A stretch of 38,636 nt of DNA. Origin: Candidatus Woesearchaeota archaeon (GTDB taxonomy: Archaea; Nanobdellota; Nanobdellia; Woesearchaeales; UBA12501). A program made the translations under genes and the position numbers. Under the pieces are notes generated by a model that saw only the letters and a program-made list of their open reading frames with translations, did not search any database and was not told where the DNA came from. The stretch is taken from the NCBI GenBank assembly GCA_014729495.1, contig WJJV01000006.1, forward strand, positions 1-38,636, given 5' to 3'. Each line of letters begins with the position of its first letter. Positions within the stretch are counted from its first letter, which is position 1. Shown piece by piece: positions 7,326 to 15,192 of the stretch.

Positions 7326-7374
7326 TTTTTGTAAATTCTGCCGATCTCTTGCTGATTATCACTGCTTTTTCAGA

Positions 7375-7809
7375 TCATATCATGCTGACAAGATAAGCTA
7401 CAATGAATCCCAGCAGCATACCCACTATCACCTGTGTCAATGAGTGGCCTGCCAGCTCTTTTACAGCCATCTTCTTATGCAGCTTAAGAGCCTTGAGTAT
7501 TGCATTGAGTATGCTTGTATGATGGCCCACCGCCTTCCTTATTGTAAGAGAATCATATATGGTCATTATAGCTATGACAAGCACTACAGCAAATAGTGCA
7601 GTGACTCCCTGCTTGATATAGACTGATGTGGCAAGTGCTGTGACAACTGCTGTGTGGCCTGATGGCATGCCCCCAGTAGAGAAGAACAGGCTGGTATTGA
7701 GCTTCCTGTCCTTCAGATAGTCTATCACTATCTTTATAAGCTGAGCTATGACTACAGCAACAAGACATGAAAAAAAGATAGGGTTCAATAATATCTCTGC
7801 AAAATTCAT
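7375..7809 (-). CDS. divergent PAP2 family membrane protein (DUF212-like)
   Basis: The GGMPSGHTAVVTALATS motif and the ~145-aa multi-TM architecture are typical of the divergent PAP2 / acid-phosphatase-related family. Confidence 0.65.
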   Translation of the reverse strand: MNFAEILLNPIFFSCLVAVVIAQLIKIVIDYLKDRKLNTSLFFSTGGMPSGHTAVVTALATSVYIKQGVTALFAVVLVIAIMTIYDSLTIRKAVGHHTSILNAILKALKLHKKMAVKELAGHSLTQVIVGMLLGFIVAYLVSMI

Positions 7810-7838
7810 TTTTTCACCTCATATTTATGATTTTATGT

Positions 7839-8372
7839 CTACAATATCTTCTTAATCCTGAAAGGGCTTATCATAAGACCTGCTGAACAGAGGAATACGA
7901 TGAAGTAATACTCAGCAGGAAGCATGGCAAAGTATAGGATTGGGAATATTATGCCGTTCAGTGTTATTGGCATTCCCTGATACACTCCTTTTGCCTTTGT
8001 TATGTTGAACCTCGCAAGCCTCAGTGCTCCGCAGACCACAAGTATGATGCATGATACAGCAAGCACTGTCTCCCACATGCCCTGAAGAGCCTGGCCTGCA
8101 TACACATATCCGAACACTGCAGGTGCAGCTCCGAATGATATAATATCTGCAAGGGAGTCAAGCTCTTTTCCGAACTCATGGGTCTTATTGAGCTTCCTGG
8201 CTATCTTGCCGTCAAGATAATCAAATATGACAGCTGTTATCATGAAGACAACAGCAGAGAAATATTCGCCTCTGATGGCATAGAAAATAGACAGCATACC
8301 AAAAGAAGCATTCAGCAGTGTGAACACATCTGAGACAGCGATATCTTTTCTTAGATTCATGTACAGACTCAT
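7839..8372 (-). CDS. pssA: CDP-alcohol phosphatidyltransferase, archaetidylserine synthase-like
   Basis: The DYLDGKIARKLNKTHEFGKELDSLADIISFG motif matches D-G-x2-A-R-x8-G-x3-D-x3-D. It is adjacent to a decarboxylase gene. Confidence 0.8.
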   Translation of the reverse strand: MSLYMNLRKDIAVSDVFTLLNASFGMLSIFYAIRGEYFSAVVFMITAVIFDYLDGKIARKLNKTHEFGKELDSLADIISFGAAPAVFGYVYAGQALQGMWETVLAVSCIILVVCGALRLARFNITKAKGVYQGMPITLNGIIFPILYFAMLPAEYYFIVFLCSAGLMISPFRIKKIL

Positions 8373-8389
8373 CCTCTTTTTTGATTATT

Positions 8390-9049
8390 TTATTCTGTTT
8401 CTGGTCTTCTGCTTCTGGCAGGCACTGCAATCACAGTCTCGCCGTCAACAACCTTCTCGCCTTCTTCAACCTTGAGCTTCAGCCCTCTGGATCTTGGCAC
8501 CACAAGGCAGACCTGGCTTCCGAACTTAATAAGACCAATTTCCTGGCCTTTTTTAATGTTTTGGTTTTTTCCTGCAAAGCACACTATCCTCTTGGCCACA
8601 AGCCCTGCTATCTGTATGACTTTCATCCTGCCATATTCTGTCTGCATGAGTATCTCATTCTTCTCATTCTCTACTGTGGCCTCAAGCTGGTCTGAACCGA
8701 GCACAGCATTGAGCAGTCTGCCTTCCATGTATCTGACTTTTAATACTCTGGCATCAGCAGGAGCTCTCTGGAAGTGCACATTAAGAGGAGTCATGACAAT
8801 CACTATGACCCAGCACTTCTTTGCAACATCTTTTGTGAATGCCTTGATCTTTCCGACAGGATGTTTCTTTATAATTGCAGAACTGCCATCAATGCTGAGA
8901 ATCTTTATTATCTTTCCGTCAGCAGGAGACACTATGCCTTTGCTTGGTATGTTCCTATGCGGCTTTCTCAGGAACCAAAGATGATAGAAGAGGAAAATAA
9001 GGATAATGATCGTGATGATTGATGATAGGATATATATGACCCATGCCAT
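8390..9049 (-). CDS. psd: phosphatidyl/archaetidylserine decarboxylase proenzyme-like
   Basis: An N-terminal TM segment, a PSD-like core and the C-terminal IKFGSQVCLVVP (the position of the G-S self-cleavage motif). Operonic with pssA. Confidence 0.7.
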   Translation of the reverse strand: MAWVIYILSSIITIIILIFLFYHLWFLRKPHRNIPSKGIVSPADGKIIKILSIDGSSAIIKKHPVGKIKAFTKDVAKKCWVIVIVMTPLNVHFQRAPADARVLKVRYMEGRLLNAVLGSDQLEATVENEKNEILMQTEYGRMKVIQIAGLVAKRIVCFAGKNQNIKKGQEIGLIKFGSQVCLVVPRSRGLKLKVEEGEKVVDGETVIAVPARSRRPETE

Positions 9050-9052
9050 TTT

Positions 9053-9241
9053 TTACTGCTCTTCTAGAAGATCCTGCACAATCTGTTCAGGATTTATACG
9101 TGTATTCCTGTATTTAGGCTCGCTCATCTGATCATCCTTGAACTGCGAGCACTCAGCCTTATTGTCCCAATAGAACCAGCATTTGCTTCCGAATATCTTC
9201 CAGCTTGCGCATTCTTTGCACACTTCGCTCTTTGGCCCCAT
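9053..9241 (-). CDS. small cysteine-rich protein (62 aa)
   Basis: The ATG at 9241 gives MGPKSEVCKECASWKIFGSKCWFYWDNKAECSQF... It is preceded by atttatatat ~30 nt upstream. The track start at 9295 is TTG. The stop lies 4 nt from the psd start. Confidence 0.45.
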   Translation of the reverse strand: MGPKSEVCKECASWKIFGSKCWFYWDNKAECSQFKDDQMSEPKYRNTRINPEQIVQDLLEEQ

Positions 9242-9332
9242 GATAATATTTTTGATATAGAGACCATATATAAATGTTTTGATAAGGCTTACCAAAAACT
9301 ATTTAAATGCGCCTCTTTATTTTCAGGTTTAA

Positions 9333-9468
9333 GCCCCTGTAGCTTAGTAGGTGCTTTTTGAGCTAACTCTTAAGGCTATAAAGAGCGCACGGCTGTTAAT
9401 CTATTAAGCAGCCACCGTGAAATCCAGGGATTCGGTAAAGGTCACCAGTTCAAGTCTGGTCAGGGGCG
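9333..9468 (+). tRNA. tRNA-Asn(GTT) with three introns (D-loop 9353-9381; 37/38 9399-9414; 43/44 9421-9438)
   Basis: Acceptor gcccctg/caggggc, T-arm accag-ttcaagt-ctggt, anticodon stem cacgg/ccgtg, loop ctgtta|..|a. Each intron has a 4-bp H helix flanked by 3-nt bulges: gtag/ctat, ctgt/gcag and accg/cggt. Removing them yields the D-loop agtaggta, the variable loop aggtc and a 73-nt cloverleaf. Confidence 0.85.
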
Positions 9469-9473
9469 CTAAA

Positions 9474-9497
9474 GGGCTGCATTGAAAAATGCAGCCC
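9474..9497 (+). terminator. perfect 9-bp hairpin downstream of tRNA-Asn
   Basis: gggctgcat-tgaaaa-atgcagccc starts 6 nt after the tRNA 3' end. There is no strong T-tract, so its function is uncertain. Confidence 0.3.
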
Positions 9498-9567
9498 ACT
9501 TCTATTCACTAACCACTGGACATGTGTTGCCCTAAAATTATTAAACAGATGATTTATTATTCTAACT

Positions 9568-10362
9568 ATGTATCAAAAACTAGACTTATCTGATGTTTCT
9601 TGGAGCAAGAATGATATAAAGAATGCAATAAAGTTGCCTACTCATTTGACAGAAGATCTATCCCACTTCTTAGGGATACATTATGGGGATGGATACATGA
9701 AGGTACAGAAAAGAAGTAAAAGAATAGACTATAGGTTGATTTATAGTGGACATTCCATCAATGAACAAGATTGGTATGAAAATTACATCTCACATTTGAT
9801 TAAAAGATTATTCAATAAAGATGTAGTGCCAAGAAAGACCGTTAAGAACACAATAAGGATATATTTCTGCTCAAAAGCTATTATTGAATTCTTAAATAAG
9901 GCTTGTGAAGTTCCATACAGTCCAAAGATCAATATTAAGATTCCTTCAATAGTCTTAGAATCAGAAGAATTCTGCATTAAGAGTGCTTTCCTTAGGGGTT
10001 TAGCTGATACAGATTTTAGCCTTGTATTCAAAGGAAAATGCAAAAAATATTCTAACCACAAACCTACAATAGACCATAAGACATCAGATATTAGATTACA
10101 TGAAGATATCAAAAAGTTGTTATCAGATCTGGATTTCAATTTCTGTAGTGGAAGAACAAAGAATTTTAGGAAAGGTAAGGCTCATGACAGTTATTATATC
10201 CAGATTAATGGAAAAGAAAACTTGAAAAAGTGGATGAAGAATATAGGATTTTCTTCATCTAATCATCTAACAAAGTATGAAGTATGGAAGAAATATGGTT
10301 TTTTGGTGCCTAAAACAGATATACATAGAAGAAAGTCCTTATTAAAGATATTTGAGCCGTAA
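9568..10362 (+). CDS. free-standing double-motif LAGLIDADG homing endonuclease
   Basis: Two LAGLIDADG-type motifs (FLGIHYGDGYM and FLRGLADTDFS) lie ~100 aa apart. The coding sequence is markedly AT-rich, and the gene sits between two multi-intron tRNA genes. Confidence 0.8.
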   Translation: MYQKLDLSDVSWSKNDIKNAIKLPTHLTEDLSHFLGIHYGDGYMKVQKRSKRIDYRLIYSGHSINEQDWYENYISHLIKRLFNKDVVPRKTVKNTIRIYFCSKAIIEFLNKACEVPYSPKINIKIPSIVLESEEFCIKSAFLRGLADTDFSLVFKGKCKKYSNHKPTIDHKTSDIRLHEDIKKLLSDLDFNFCSGRTKNFRKGKAHDSYYIQINGKENLKKWMKNIGFSSSNHLTKYEVWKKYGFLVPKTDIHRRKSLLKIFEP

Positions 10363-10396
10363 TATTTATAAATGAACCTTATTAGAACAGCATTAA

Positions 10397-10532
10397 GGGC
10401 CCGTGGCTTAGTCTGGAGCTGGTCATAATAATGATCAACGGATCATTAGAGCACACGTTCCTTGTAGACACTGCCTATAAGGATGTGAAACTGATAATCG
10501 TGCGGTCCCGTGTTCAAATCACGGCGGGCCCA
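10397..10532 (+). tRNA. tRNA-Ile(GAT) with two introns (D-loop 10417-10445; anticodon stem 30/31 10458-10489)
   Basis: Acceptor gggcccg/cgggccc with discriminator a; T-arm ccgtg-ttcaaat-cacgg. A strict hBHBh' motif is present: caca (10452-55) / tgtg (10484-87), with inner helix tcctt/aagga. Splicing restores the stem cacga/tcgtg and the loop ctgataa. The D-loop intron H is gtct/ggat (two G-U pairs) and its removal restores agtctggtta. The mature length is 75 nt. Confidence 0.85.
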
Positions 10533-10537
10533 TGGAA

Positions 10538-10640
10538 TAAAGGCAAAATCCCGATGAGCTTGCGAGTCGGGATTATGCCTTTTTACATGCTTGATAATCC
10601 CAGACAAGCTTGCGAGTCGGGATTATCTTTGCATTTGAAT
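10538..10640. repeat. hairpin-cassette family, two gataatccc...gggattatc-type palindromes
   Basis: ggcaaaatcccga-tgagcttgcga-gtcgggattatgcc and gataatccc-agacaagcttgcgagtc-gggattatc are the same module as at 2685-2715 and 5125-5145. They lie directly 3' of tRNA-Ile. Confidence 0.7.
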
Positions 10641-10755
10641 AAGAGTAATCCAGACGAAGTAAGAATTTATTATTCTTTAGAATGGTTAATGATCTATTTG
10701 AGGATAGAGGGTAAGATTATACTGGAGAATATTCTTATCTAAAAATTAATTATTT

Positions 10756-11451
10756 TCACCCTAACTTAATCCCTTTCTCTCTAAGGACTTCAAATGCTTT
10801 CTCTCTTGCATGCTTAAGCTCATGCAGAGTGTGGGCATCGCTGTTGACATAGACCCTGTCTGCTCTTTCCAGCAGGATATCCAGGTTAGCCATGTCAGTC
10901 CTGTTGTTCATCATATTAGCTCCATTTATCTCCATGGCAACACCATAATCATTTGCAGCCTTTATGACCTCTTTGATGTCCACTGCATCACTGAAATGCT
11001 TTATGCATGGATGCCCGATGAATGCTATCTTCTTATGGTACTGCTTTATTGCATTGAGATATCCTTTTGTGATTGTATCTTTGGAGCTTTGGAGCTGATA
11101 TACCTTAGGATGCGCAGAGAGTATCAGGAACTCAGCAGGCTCATCACTGAGATGATCGCAGATATCCCCTTCCTCATTTAGAAGGTCGCCCTCAACACCG
11201 AATATGACCTCAACATCATTGATCTCATTCTTCCATCTATTGATATTATCTCTTCCTGATACCCTGCATTTTCCTTTTGCATCAAGGCAGGCCTGGCTGT
11301 GGTCAGTTATCGCTATCTTATTTAATCCAATCTTTCCTGCAAAATAGACTATCTCAAAAACTGAGTTCATGCCGTCAGAATAGTTCATGCTGTGCATGTG
11401 GTAATCTTCCTTTCCTGGATTGATGATGTTCATACTTGCACCATAATTCAT
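10756..11451 (-). CDS. PHP-domain metal-dependent phosphoesterase
   Basis: DYHMHS..., IAITDHS..., SAHP..., IGHP..., VNSDAH form the PHP His/Asp motif series. The long N-terminal extension in the track (to 11760) overlaps the divergent helicase start and is low-complexity. The ATG at 11451 (or 11433) follows a TATA-like ttaaatata. Confidence 0.7.
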   Translation of the reverse strand: MNYGASMNIINPGKEDYHMHSMNYSDGMNSVFEIVYFAGKIGLNKIAITDHSQACLDAKGKCRVSGRDNINRWKNEINDVEVIFGVEGDLLNEEGDICDHLSDEPAEFLILSAHPKVYQLQSSKDTITKGYLNAIKQYHKKIAFIGHPCIKHFSDAVDIKEVIKAANDYGVAMEINGANMMNNRTDMANLDILLERADRVYVNSDAHTLHELKHAREKAFEVLREKGIKLG

Positions 11452-11596
11452 GATCAATAGCTTATATTTAAGCTTTTTTACTTTTAGCACTATATGATAG
11501 TAATAATATAGGGCAATGATATAGGAACAATAATCTGCTGTACAATAAGGGCATAAATCACAAAAAAGATATAAACAACCAGATTTATGCAGGAGT

Positions 11597-13186
11597 ATGC
11601 CAAAAAAAGTGATCCTTAACATAAACCAGCCAACAGACAACCCAGCAGTGGATCTTGTTCTTGACACACTGGAAAAGAAGAAGCAGGCCCTTGTATTCGT
11701 CAACACAAAGAGAGGCGCAGAGAGAGCAGCTGAGGACATTGCCAAAAAGACCAACATCAAGGATGCTGCTTACAAGGCCCAGCTTGAAAAGATTTCACAC
11801 GATATTCTTAAGGCGCTTCCAAAGCCCACAAGGCAGTGCGAGCGAGAGGCATTCTGCATAAAGAAAGGCATAGCTTTCCATCATGCAGGCCTTACCCAGA
11901 AGCAGAAGACGCTGATAGAGGATGCTTTCAGGGAGAGAGTGATAAAGATAATAGCATGCACCCCTACTCTTTCATTCGGGCTCAACCTTCCTGCATTCCG
12001 CGCTATCATCCGAGACCTCAAGAGATATACAAGGCATGGCCTGGACTGGATTCCAGTCCTTGAGTATCATCAGATGGCTGGAAGGTGTGGCCGTCCTGGC
12101 TCTGACAAGTGGGGCGAGGCCATATGCATTGCGCAGAATGAGTCAGACAAGGAGAAGATCACTGAGATGTTCCTCAATGGAGAATCAGAGGAGATATTCT
12201 CAAAGCTGGCAGTAGAGCCTGTTCTTCGTACTTATGTGCTTTCTCTTATTGCATCTGGGTTTGCGTCAAGCCAGGATGACCTTGAGGCATTCTTCTCAAA
12301 GACTTTCTGGGCTCACCAGTATGAGGACATGGACAAGCTTGGAGGCATAATCGACAGGATGGTGAGCCTTCTTGTTGATTTTGAGTTTGTGGAGTCATCA
12401 GGCAGCAGGTCAAGAGAGTTTGTGTCAGCTGATGAGGTCGGAGGGAACAGCAGACTGGCTGCAACAAGGCTCGGCAAGAGGGTTGCTGAACTGTACATAG
12501 ATCCCCTGACTGCGCATAAGATGATAATTGCCATGCAGAGGGCTTCTGAGAAGATAGTGAATGAGTTCTCATTCATCCACCTTGTGTCATCCTGCCCTGA
12601 GCTAAGGCCCCTGCTCAAGGTCAGGTCAAAGGAATACGAGGAGATAGAGTCAAAGATAGCAGAACATGAGTCAAGCATAATTGTGCTTGAACCCTCACTG
12701 TATGATCCAGAGTATGAGGAGTTCCAGAACTCCATAAAGACTGCCCTGTTCTTCAATGACTGGATTGAAGAGAATGATGAAGAGGACCTTCTTGAGAAAT
12801 ATAATATAAGGCCTGGAGAGATAAAGGTCAAGCGCGATCTCGCTGACTGGCTGCTTTATACAGCAGAGGAGCTTGCCAGGCTGACAAAGAAGGCAGGTCT
12901 TCTGAAGGTCATAATCAAGTCAAGGATGAGACTGAGGTATGGTGTCAAAGAGGAGCTGCTGCCTCTGCTCAGGCTTGAAGGCATAGGAAGAGTGAGGGCA
13001 AGGAAGCTCTTCAGGAATGGCATAATAGATTCAGGAGAGGTAAGGAAGGCTGACCTGATGAAGCTTGTGCAGATATTAGGCAAGAACACTGCTATAAGGG
13101 TCAAGAAGCAGGTAGGCCAGGACTTTGACAAGGCCAAAGTGCCTGAGAGGAGAAGGAAAGGACAGGTAAGCCTGAAGGATTACTGA
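11597..13186 (+). CDS. hel308: Hel308/Ski2-like helicase, C-terminal portion only (RecA2 + winged helix + ratchet + HhH); RecA1 missing
   Basis: VFVNTKRGAE..., FHHAGL..., IACTPTLSFGLNLPA and QMAGRCGRPG correspond to motifs IV-VI. The C-terminal LRLEGIGRVRARKLF is an HhH. There is no Walker A or DExH motif. An in-frame stop at 11546-11548 closes the frame upstream, and an aggag lies just before the ATG. Confidence 0.8.
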   Translation: MPKKVILNINQPTDNPAVDLVLDTLEKKKQALVFVNTKRGAERAAEDIAKKTNIKDAAYKAQLEKISHDILKALPKPTRQCEREAFCIKKGIAFHHAGLTQKQKTLIEDAFRERVIKIIACTPTLSFGLNLPAFRAIIRDLKRYTRHGLDWIPVLEYHQMAGRCGRPGSDKWGEAICIAQNESDKEKITEMFLNGESEEIFSKLAVEPVLRTYVLSLIASGFASSQDDLEAFFSKTFWAHQYEDMDKLGGIIDRMVSLLVDFEFVESSGSRSREFVSADEVGGNSRLAATRLGKRVAELYIDPLTAHKMIIAMQRASEKIVNEFSFIHLVSSCPELRPLLKVRSKEYEEIESKIAEHESSIIVLEPSLYDPEYEEFQNSIKTALFFNDWIEENDEEDLLEKYNIRPGEIKVKRDLADWLLYTAEELARLTKKAGLLKVIIKSRMRLRYGVKEELLPLLRLEGIGRVRARKLFRNGIIDSGEVRKADLMKLVQILGKNTAIRVKKQVGQDFDKAKVPERRRKGQVSLKDY

Positions 13187-13287
13187 CAGTGCATCCTCAT
13201 TAGTTTCATTGATTTCCTTAATTTCTTTAGCACTCCAGAGTGCTAAAAATGGTTAAATTTATATATTATCTATTAAGATTTTCATAT

Positions 13288-13971
13288 ATGAACAAGGAAA
13301 TGCAGAGATTCTTGGCAGCAATCAAGAAGGAAAAGGACAGGCATATAATGATGGTCCTTTCTGAAGCAGAGAAAGATGAATCAGGAGCACTTAGATTCAG
13401 CACTGCGATACCCCTATCAGGAAAGCTCAAATCCTACAAGAGGACTTCAGATGGAGGGATGCTTTCAGTCAAGCCGGATTATGGACCGCCTTTTGCACAT
13501 GGGACTCCTGCCTATGCATTCAAGACAAATAATATCGCGAGCATATTGTATGATCCTGTTGACACAGGAGATGAAGATGCGCTCAAAAGGTTTCTTGATG
13601 AAATATTCATAGATAGTGACAGGGAAAGATATTCTATAATGATGCACTCCATGTATATTGAGGGAAAACCAGAGAAAAAGAATGGAAGCATGCTCAGGCT
13701 CTCGAACGCAGTGCTTGTTGACTATTCTGAGATAGAAGAGGAATGCATGATGTGCGATGAAGACTGCACTGGAGAGTGCGATCTTCAGCCAGAAATGATG
13801 CTTTCAAGGCAGGCAATAGTCAGTCTGCCTCTTGTAGTGAATGACACTGCTGCAGAAATGAAATACTCTGATATCGCCAAAGCACTTCTTCCATATGAAA
13901 GAGCTGAGTGTATGATCAGAGAGCTGAAATTAGAGAAAACAAGCCATCTTAAGCTGGTTCCTGATCAATGA
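13288..13971 (+). CDS. hypothetical protein (227 aa) with a CMMCDEDCTGEC cysteine cluster
   Basis: The ATG at 13288 lies ~25 nt downstream of aaatttatatatt (a leaderless-type arrangement). Alternative starts are the ATG at 13249 and the GTG at 13240. Confidence 0.5.
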   Translation: MNKEMQRFLAAIKKEKDRHIMMVLSEAEKDESGALRFSTAIPLSGKLKSYKRTSDGGMLSVKPDYGPPFAHGTPAYAFKTNNIASILYDPVDTGDEDALKRFLDEIFIDSDRERYSIMMHSMYIEGKPEKKNGSMLRLSNAVLVDYSEIEEECMMCDEDCTGECDLQPEMMLSRQAIVSLPLVVNDTAAEMKYSDIAKALLPYERAECMIRELKLEKTSHLKLVPDQ

Positions 13972-14020
13972 ACATCAGAACAGCAATATTTATAAACCCA
14001 AATCTCAGGACAATATCAGA

Positions 14021-14905
14021 ATGATAGAAAAAGTCCACTTCGGCAAGCCGCAGCTGAAGAAGATAAAAGAAGAAGGCTTTTTTCTCGCAGATATGCACTT
14101 CCATTCAAAATATTCTGACACTTATACAAGGCCCAGATCAATAGTCAAGAGAGCTGCAAAGCTCGGCATTGGAGTGGCCATAACAGACCATAACCACATA
14201 GGAGGATATGTTGAGGCTGCTAAAGAGAAGAACAGCAATGTTCCGCTGATACCTGGAATCGAGATCTCAACAAAACAAGGACCGCACCTTCTGGCATATT
14301 TCTATACTTTTAAAGACATGGAACAATTCTATGAAAAGCATCTAAAAGACAAGAAAGGAAAGAACCCCTACATGGCAACCAGGATGAAAGCAGAAGAGGT
14401 TGTGGAATTATGCAAGGATTACAATGGGATTGTGTCCGCAGCCCATCCAAAAGCAATGACTCTTTGGGATGTGCAGAGAAAGATAGCTGCAGGAAAGATA
14501 GATGACAGCATCATGAAAGGCCTTGATTGCGCTGAAGTTCTCTGCGGACTGATACTCAGGAAGATGAACCTGAGGGCATTGTCATGGGCAGAAGAGAAGA
14601 CACTGGGCATAACAGGAGGTTCTGACGGCCACACACTCATAAAGCTGGGATCTGTTGTCACATACGCCAAAGCAGACAATGTAGGATCATTCCTTGACTC
14701 ACTCAGAAAGAAGAAAAGCTATGTATCAGGTATCGAGACCAGGATGCTTCCAAGGGCATTGTCATACTCCAAAGCAATAACAAAACATTCAAGGTATGTG
14801 GGTCCTTCTGTCATGATACACTACAAGCTTGGTCTGAGGGACGGCTTCAACAATATAAAAGATAAGCTGAGCAGCAGAAGGCAGAGGCTTAAAATAAGAA
14901 AATGA
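14021..14905 (+). CDS. PHP-domain phosphoesterase (second paralog type)
   Basis: ADMHFHSKYSD, VAITDHNHIGG, SAAHP and GGSDGHTL are the PHP metal-ligand motifs. Confidence 0.7.
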   Translation: MIEKVHFGKPQLKKIKEEGFFLADMHFHSKYSDTYTRPRSIVKRAAKLGIGVAITDHNHIGGYVEAAKEKNSNVPLIPGIEISTKQGPHLLAYFYTFKDMEQFYEKHLKDKKGKNPYMATRMKAEEVVELCKDYNGIVSAAHPKAMTLWDVQRKIAAGKIDDSIMKGLDCAEVLCGLILRKMNLRALSWAEEKTLGITGGSDGHTLIKLGSVVTYAKADNVGSFLDSLRKKKSYVSGIETRMLPRALSYSKAITKHSRYVGPSVMIHYKLGLRDGFNNIKDKLSSRRQRLKIRK

Positions 14906-14953
14906 ATCCGATTTCTTTTTAAACAGAGAATTATTACTTATGCGCAATAACCT

Positions 14954-15025
14954 GCCCCTTTAGTATAATGGATAGTACACCTGGTTGCGGTCCAGGAGAT
15001 CGGGGTTCAATCCCTCGGAGGGGCG
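14954..15025 (+). tRNA. tRNA-Arg(GCG), intron-less
   Basis: Cloverleaf: gcccctt/gaggggc, D gtat/gtac, anticodon arm cctgg-ttgcggt-ccagg, T-arm cgggg-ttcaatc-cctcg, discriminator g. Confidence 0.85.
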
Positions 15026-15118
15026 TTATTTTAGTTGATTGTTACAGGTTTATTCTTATTTCGTGGGGCCGAGCAAAGCGAGCGCCCCACATGACTGCTT
15101 CCGAGGGTAGCAACGCTC

Positions 15119-15141
15119 GTTCAATCCCTCGGAGGGGCGTT
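15119..15141 (+). repeat. 23-nt direct duplicate of the tRNA-Arg 3' end (att-like)
   Basis: gttcaatccctcggaggggcgtt at 15005-15027 is repeated exactly at 15119-15141. The copy has no matching T-stem 5' strand, so it is not a second tRNA. Confidence 0.7.
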
Positions 15142-15192
15142 GAGTTTGTTTTATAGTATTTTATATATCTTAAATGAGTTATGAGAATTAAT

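Noticed and set aside
15028-15141. Second tRNA or split-tRNA 3' half downstream of tRNA-Arg.
   Set aside because: Only the last 23 nt match. The nucleotides preceding the T-loop (gctcg) cannot pair with cctcg, so no T-arm, anticodon arm or BHB leader can be drawn.
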